DNA of 64,000 nucleotides from an uncultured Gemmatimonadales bacterium (GTDB lineage Bacteria; Gemmatimonadota; Gemmatimonadetes; Longimicrobiales; RSA9): NCBI GenBank assembly GCA_963708135.1, contig OY970192.1, positions 3,392,001 to 3,456,000 of the forward strand, read 5' to 3'. Shown piece by piece: positions 58,936 to 64,000 of this stretch (position 1 is its first letter; each line of letters starts with the position of its first letter). The notes under the pieces were generated by a model. It saw only the letters and a program-made list of their open reading frames with translations, ran no database searches and was not told where the DNA came from. The position numbers and the translations under genes were made by a program.

Positions 58936-59490
58936 GTGTCATTCCTCGCTGCTTATATCGCCCTCGTGGTGCTCGCCCCGATCCTGGTCAGCCTGGTCGT
59001 CAGCTACCGCGGGCTGCCGAATGGCAGACGCTGCCCGGGCTGCTCGGAGGATACGTTTCAACTGCTGTTCCGACCGCTGCGCTGGATTCCGGTCGGGCGC
59101 AGGCGGCAGCTCCAGCGGCGCTGGTGCCCGGGTTGCGGGTGGACGGGGCTGGTGCGCGTGCGCGAGGCACCCGACGCCGGCGCGGGCGTGGCGGGGCGGA
59201 CTCCGGATGTGGCCGTACGCGCGGCGGCGGAAGCGAGAGGCAGCCGCGCGAAGCTGCTGGACGTGTGTGAGCTGGAGCTGGACGGCACCTGCTGGCGGGT
59301 GCTGCTGCAGGCGTGGTGCGTAGCCAATGGTTGGCGTGGCCGGCTGCTCTTCGTCGGCCCGCACGGCCACCTGCGCAACGACGTGGTGCCGCCGTTCAGC
59401 GGGGGCTTCTACACGGACGTGCTCGGCCAGGCCATGGCGCTGTCGCACCACGCCCTGGCGTGGCGGCTGCGGGAGGTGATCTCGGACTAG
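58936..59490 (+). CDS. Hypothetical membrane protein with Zn ribbon
   Basis: N-terminal TM; CPGC...CPGCGW. Confidence 0.6.
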   Translation: MSFLAAYIALVVLAPILVSLVVSYRGLPNGRRCPGCSEDTFQLLFRPLRWIPVGRRRQLQRRWCPGCGWTGLVRVREAPDAGAGVAGRTPDVAVRAAAEARGSRAKLLDVCELELDGTCWRVLLQAWCVANGWRGRLLFVGPHGHLRNDVVPPFSGGFYTDVLGQAMALSHHALAWRLREVISD

Positions 59491-59513
59491 AGTGGTCGCA
59501 CGGGAGTGCGACG

Positions 59514-59975
59514 CTAGCGCGTCCTCGTGCAGGCGGCCGCCGCGGCGGCGCGATCGAGCATCTCGCGTCGCTCGCGGTAGCGCACGCGGCGGCGGGCTTC
59601 CTGTAGGGGCAGCCAGGCGTGCTCGGAGGTTTCGGCCGCGGAGAGGCGCACCTCGCGGCGGGAGGCCTCCGCCAGGAAGTACACCACGCGCTTGCGGATC
59701 AGCACGCGGTCTCCGCGCTCCTCCACGCTGAAGCGGTAGTTCTCCTTCCCCTCGAAGCCGGGCACGAGCCGAACGTCGGCGGCGGCGAGGCCCGTTTCCT
59801 CCTCTAGCTCGCGCATGGCCGCCTCGAAGACCGTTTCGCCGTCAGCGACGCCGCCCTTCGGGAACTCCCACAGGCGGCGCTTGGTGAGGCGGGAGAGCAG
59901 GAGCAGGAACTCGCAGGCGCCGCGCTCGCGGATGAAGACGATCACCCCGGCCGAGGTGGCGCGCTCGTAGCGCAT
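59514..59975 (-). CDS. NUDIX hydrolase (Ap4A hydrolase-like)
   Basis: WEFPKGGVADGETVFEAAMRELEEETG Nudix box. Confidence 0.9.
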   Translation of the reverse strand: MRYERATSAGVIVFIRERGACEFLLLLSRLTKRRLWEFPKGGVADGETVFEAAMRELEEETGLAAADVRLVPGFEGKENYRFSVEERGDRVLIRKRVVYFLAEASRREVRLSAAETSEHAWLPLQEARRRVRYRERREMLDRAAAAAACTRTR

Positions 59976-60009
59976 CGCGGCCGCCCCGCTCTCGCCCGGC
60001 GCGCGCGCG

Positions 60010-61188
60010 TCAGGCGTAGACGGGGGCGGTGGACTCCACGACCAGCGCCTCCCAGGGGAAGGTGCCGGCGCCGTTGGGCGCGCGGCCGAAGTGGCCGTAC
60101 GCGGCGGTAACCGCGTAGATCGGGCGCAACAGCTCGAGGCGCTCGATGATGCCGCGCGGGGTGAGGTCGAAGTGGGAGCGGATCCATGCCTGGATCTCCG
60201 GCTCTGCGATTCTCGCCGTGCCGAAGGTCTCCACGCCGATCGCGACCGGCTCCGCCACGCCGATCGCGTACGCGACGCAGATCTCGCAGCGCTCCGCCAG
60301 CCCCGCCGCCACCACGTTCTTGGCCGCCCACCGCGCGGCGTAGGCGGCGGAGCGGTCCACCTTGGAGGGGTCCTTGCCGCTGAAGGCGCCGCCGCCGTGG
60401 CGGGCGGCGCCGCCGTAGGTGTCCACGATGATCTTCCGGCCGGTGAGGCCGGTATCCGTGGCGGGGCCGCCCTCGACGAACGAGCCGGACGGGTTCACGA
60501 GCACGCGGCCCTCCCAGTCCGGGACCTCCAGCAGCCCGGGCACGGCCTGCGGCACGACGCCCGCGAGGATGAAGTCGCGGATCGCCTGCGGCTCGACCTC
60601 GGGCGCGTGCTGCGTGGACACGACGACGCGCGTGACCTCGACCGGCCGGCCATCCACATAACGCACGGAGACCTGGCTCTTGGCGTCCGGGCGGAGCCAG
60701 CCGACCTCGCCGCCCTTTCGCGCCGCGGCCAGCCGCTGCGTGAGCGCGTGCGCCCAGGTGATCGGCGCCGGCATGAGCGAGGGCGTCTCCGCCGTCGCGT
60801 AGCCGAACATCATCCCCTGGTCGCCCGCCCCCTGCGCCCGCCGGTCCGCCTTGTCCACCGCCCGGGCGATCTCGCCCGCCTGCGCGTGCAGCCGCACGTG
60901 CACCTCGACGTCGTCCGCCGAGAAGCGCCCGTCCGCCGCCGTGTAGCCGATGTCGCGGACCGCATCGCGCGCGGCCGCCTCGATCGCCTCCGGCGCGAGC
61001 GGAGCCGCGCTCCCCACCTCGCCCGCCACGCAGATGTAGTTGCGCGTCACGAGGGTCTCGCACGCGACGCGCGCGTCCGCGTCGGCCCGCAGGTGCGCGT
61101 CCAGCACCGCGTCGCTGATGCGGTCGGCGACCTTGTCGGGATGTCCTTCCGAGACCGACTCGCTGGTGAGGACGTACTCTCGCGACAT
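60010..61188 (-). CDS. metK: Methionine adenosyltransferase
   Basis: [37 protein letters not shown]. Confidence 0.97.
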   Translation of the reverse strand: MSREYVLTSESVSEGHPDKVADRISDAVLDAHLRADADARVACETLVTRNYICVAGEVGSAAPLAPEAIEAAARDAVRDIGYTAADGRFSADDVEVHVRLHAQAGEIARAVDKADRRAQGAGDQGMMFGYATAETPSLMPAPITWAHALTQRLAAARKGGEVGWLRPDAKSQVSVRYVDGRPVEVTRVVVSTQHAPEVEPQAIRDFILAGVVPQAVPGLLEVPDWEGRVLVNPSGSFVEGGPATDTGLTGRKIIVDTYGGAARHGGGAFSGKDPSKVDRSAAYAARWAAKNVVAAGLAERCEICVAYAIGVAEPVAIGVETFGTARIAEPEIQAWIRSHFDLTPRGIIERLELLRPIYAVTAAYGHFGRAPNGAGTFPWEALVVESTAPVYA

Positions 61189-61199
61189 CGAAGCCCCCA

Positions 61200-61301
61200 G
61201 AAAAAGAAAACGCCCGGCGCCGGGAAGCTCGGCAGCGGGCCTCCGGCTCTTTAGTGCCTTGATTAACGTGGGGCACAAGCTGCCGAATCAAATCCCACGT
61301 C
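61200..61301 (-). ncRNA. SAM-II-like riboswitch with terminator expression platform
   Basis: CGTGGGATTTGA...TTGTGC-CCCACG...GCACTAAAGAG upstream of metK, then hairpin plus TTTTCTTTTT. Confidence 0.75.
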
Positions 61302-61440
61302 GGCGCCACGCGCCGAGGTCCTGCGGCGGCGTCTCGCGATGCTCTCGCGCGACGGCGGCCGGCAACGTAACGGGCGCCGCCGCGGGCTGTCAAGGAACGC
61401 GGATTGCACCGCTTCGCGGACTTCACGGAAGGGGTTCGGA

Positions 61441-62304
61441 ATGGAGCTGAACGAGTCGGAGGGGAACGGGCGCGCGAAGGAGCTGCACGCGGTCGCGGAC
61501 CTGGCAGGCACCCCCGTGGCCGATGTGGCGGGCGAGTTCTTCGGCGAGGTCTACGGTGCGCTCTCGGAAGCGGACACGGGGCTGCTGCGCTACCTCGATC
61601 TCGCTCTGCATGGGGCGCCCCGGCACGTGCTCGTGCCGGTGGGGCACACGCGGATCGTGCGCAAGCATAGGGGGGCGGAGGTCCGGTTGCGCGCCGCCAC
61701 GCGCGAGGAGCTGGCGCTGATCCCGCTCTACGACCCGGAGACCTCCTGCGTGGATGAGCGCCTGGCGGAGGGCCTCGAGGAGGCGATCGTGCACGCCCAC
61801 TGCCGGCTCTTCGCGGGGGCGCGCTACTACGCGCACCCGGCCTTCGACCACCGGCGCCTCTACGGCGGCATCGAGCAGCCGATCGTCCAGGCGGCCGAGC
61901 CGCGCGGGACCCGAAGCGGCCTGGCGCCGCTCTCGGAGCTCGAGGAGTTCGCCGTGGCGGATCCGGCGCTCGACGTCCGCGGCTGGCCCGTGCGCGCGGC
62001 CGGCGGAGAGGAGGCGGGCACGGTGCGCGAGCTGATCGCCGATCCCGCCGCACGCGCGGTGCGCTACCTCCGGATCGCGCCGGAGCACGCCGCGCCGTAC
62101 CTGCTGCCGGCGGGGTACCTGCGCCGGGATCCGGATGCGCACGTCCTGCGCACCCCCGAGCTCAGCCGCGCCGACCTGGGCGCGCTTCCACGCCACGGAT
62201 CCGGTGCCCCCACGCGCGCGGAGGAAGACGAGCTGCGCGCCGCGCTCGACCGCCGGTTGGCCGGCGAGCGCCTCTACCACCGGCCTGACTACCGGGCCGG
62301 CTGA
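61441..62304 (+). CDS. PRC-barrel domain protein (two barrels)
   Basis: DVRGWPVRAAGGEEAGTVRELIAD..VRYL and a similar N-terminal unit. Confidence 0.75.
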   Translation: MELNESEGNGRAKELHAVADLAGTPVADVAGEFFGEVYGALSEADTGLLRYLDLALHGAPRHVLVPVGHTRIVRKHRGAEVRLRAATREELALIPLYDPETSCVDERLAEGLEEAIVHAHCRLFAGARYYAHPAFDHRRLYGGIEQPIVQAAEPRGTRSGLAPLSELEEFAVADPALDVRGWPVRAAGGEEAGTVRELIADPAARAVRYLRIAPEHAAPYLLPAGYLRRDPDAHVLRTPELSRADLGALPRHGSGAPTRAEEDELRAALDRRLAGERLYHRPDYRAG

Positions 62305-63026
62305 GAGAGCAGCGAGGCGGCCAGCCCGCCGGGCGTCTCCCAGGCCTCGTACTCCTCCGCCGCGGCCACGCCCCAGCGCGCGCCGCACTCCGCCAGTCGC
62401 CGCTCGAGCCATCCCTCCGGCGGCCAACCGACACGACTGCGGTAGAATGCGCCCACCTCGAGCACGACGTCCCGGTGCGCCGAGACATCGACCGCCACCG
62501 GCGTGACCTGCGAGTGCGCGCCGCGCATCGTGAACACGGGCACCGGCGCACGGTGGGGCGGCGTGGGGCTGACGACACGGGCGATGCGCGCGAGCGTGAC
62601 CGCATCCCGAACGATCCGCCCCGTGGCCTGGTGATCGGGGTGGCGCGGCCCGTGCCGCCAGGCGTCGCCCCAGGTCAGCAGCCCGTCCGGCCGGATCTCG
62701 GCCAGCACGTGCGCAAGCTGCCGGGCGGCGTCCCGCGTCGCTTCCACGCGCGTGTCCTCGAAATCGAGGAAGCGGGCCTCGCAGTCCAGCATCTGCGCCA
62801 CCCGGCGCCCCTGCGCCTCGCGGCGGCGCGCGATCTCCTCCGTATCGAGCGGTCCCAGCGCCTCCGTCATCTCCCCGCGCGTGAGCCAGAGAAGCGTGAC
62901 GTCGTGGCCGGCGGCACGCTCCGCGCCGATGGCGCCCGCGGCGCCCACCTCGTCGTCCGGGTGCGAGAAGGCGACGAGGAGCCGCGTCCGGCCACCGTCG
63001 CCCGCGGGTCTCGCCGGCTCAGTCAT
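62289..63026 (-). CDS. PIG-L family deacetylase
   Basis: SHPDDE, TRGE, RRREA, HPDH. Confidence 0.9.
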   Translation of the reverse strand: MTEPARPAGDGGRTRLLVAFSHPDDEVGAAGAIGAERAAGHDVTLLWLTRGEMTEALGPLDTEEIARRREAQGRRVAQMLDCEARFLDFEDTRVEATRDAARQLAHVLAEIRPDGLLTWGDAWRHGPRHPDHQATGRIVRDAVTLARIARVVSPTPPHRAPVPVFTMRGAHSQVTPVAVDVSAHRDVVLEVGAFYRSRVGWPPEGWLERRLAECGARWGVAAAEEYEAWETPGGLAASLLSQPAR

Positions 63027-63507
63027 GCCGGACCTGCATTCTCACCTGGACGTCCGCCCCGCCCGAAGTCCCGGCCCCCGGCGCCTGCGGGCTCGCCGCC
63101 TCGAGCAGCAGATCGCCTCCCAGCAGGCCGGTCAGCTCGAACGCCGTGAGAGGCAGGGCCGGGCATGCCGCCGCGGGCAGGAACTGAATCGTGGATCCTC
63201 GCGTCGAGAAGGCGCCGGTGCAGACGCGCGGGCCGTCGGCGGGGAAGCCGGCGCTCGTGAGGCGGAAGCGGCCGTCGGACGAGAGCGACAGCCCGACCGT
63301 GAAGCTGAACCCGCGCCGGTCGGTGGTGGTGCCGTTCCAGGCGAGGTCGCCGACCTGCGAGATCTCCTCCTGGCCCGTCCACGTGCCGACCAGGTCGGCC
63401 GCGCTCGGGGCGAGCGGCCCCACGACGAGGCCGCGGGTGTCCCGGTCGCCGCACGCGGCGCCGGCGCAGAGCGAGAGCATCACGATTCCGGCCAGCAACC
63501 TGGACAT
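63019..63507 (-). CDS. Hypothetical lipoprotein
   Basis: LCAGAAC lipobox; DLVGTW. Confidence 0.65.
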   Translation of the reverse strand: MSRLLAGIVMLSLCAGAACGDRDTRGLVVGPLAPSAADLVGTWTGQEEISQVGDLAWNGTTTDRRGFSFTVGLSLSSDGRFRLTSAGFPADGPRVCTGAFSTRGSTIQFLPAAACPALPLTAFELTGLLGGDLLLEAASPQAPGAGTSGGADVQVRMQVRHD

Positions 63508-63603
63508 GGGCGCCTTCCGCTTTCTCTCGAGCGAGGTTTCCCGGTCCCACCGTTCCCGGCCCGGTGAGTCCCGGAAGACCCGTGCCCACGGCGCGCGGCC
63601 CGG

Positions 63604-63632
63604 TTGACACTCCATTCCCCGCCGGGCATCTT
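63604..63632 (+). promoter_or_regulatory. sigma70-like promoter TTGACA-N17-CATCTT
   Basis: ATG 9 nt after the -10 element and no RBS. Confidence 0.55.
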
Positions 63633-63641
63633 CCCGCCCCC

Positions 63642-64000
63642 ATGGAGCTGATCCTTTCGCTGGCCGCCGATGAGGTGAAGGAACGCGACGACGGCAAGCT
63701 CGACGTGACCGGCGTCTTCAACGAGCTGAGCGCGGCCGGGTTCCCGGCGCTGCAGGAGAGGATGATGGTCGTCTTCCTCATCGGCTGGGACGCCGACGAG
63801 GCGGGCGAGCAGCCGTTGCGGGCCGACCTGCTGGACGAGGCGGGCGAGAAGGTGCTCACGATCCAGGGCCACACCGACGTCGCGCACCGTGAGCCGGGCG
63901 CGGCGCCGGCACAGACTCGCCTGGTGCTGGCGCTGGAGAAGGTGGTCTTCCCGCACGCGGGGCAGTACCACTTCGAGTTGCTCGCGGGCGAGCAAGTGCG
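63642..64000 (+). CDS. Conserved hypothetical protein (DUF6941-like), runs off the window end
   Basis: MELILSLAADEV..DGKLDVTGVFNEL...FPHAGQYHFEL; open to the edge. Confidence 0.7.
   Translation, partial: MELILSLAADEVKERDDGKLDVTGVFNELSAAGFPALQERMMVVFLIGWDADEAGEQPLRADLLDEAGEKVLTIQGHTDVAHREPGAAPAQTRLVLALEKVVFPHAGQYHFELLAGEQV

Noticed and set aside
1..64000. tRNA, rRNA, prophage or defence systems
   Set aside because: No supporting motifs or genes recognised by eye

Overview
Very GC-rich, gene-dense bacterial chromosomal window. Gene content suggests Gemmatimonadota or a similar high-GC diderm (inference only). In order it holds: NAD-type isocitrate/isopropylmalate dehydrogenase; crotonase and SDR; a phoB-phoR-STAS-pstB-phoU cluster next to a PAP2 phosphatase, Zn-dependent phospholipase C-like gene and MGDG-synthase-like glycosyltransferase, with 11-bp-periodic Pho-box-like sites; a short leuA-like gene; an M20 peptidase; a frameshifted IS630; an operon with FNT, SIMPL, two amidohydrolases and a Lon paralogue whose ATPase motifs are all substituted; four cassette-like genes with attC-like core sites; a long minus-strand operon (OsmC, FadD, CutA, TPR, macro, transglutaminase, ABC transporter, CysQ-like, thioesterase); a divergent chaperone-usher-like pilus locus with sigma54-like promoters; a PTPS-folE-SDR-PTPS pterin operon below a 6S-like RNA; a candidate sigma54 sRNA; nfo, ppa, NUDIX; metK under a SAM-II-like riboswitch; and several G-skewed hexamer tracts. 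All calls come from reading motifs by eye. No database searches or folding programs were run, and several start codons are estimates.
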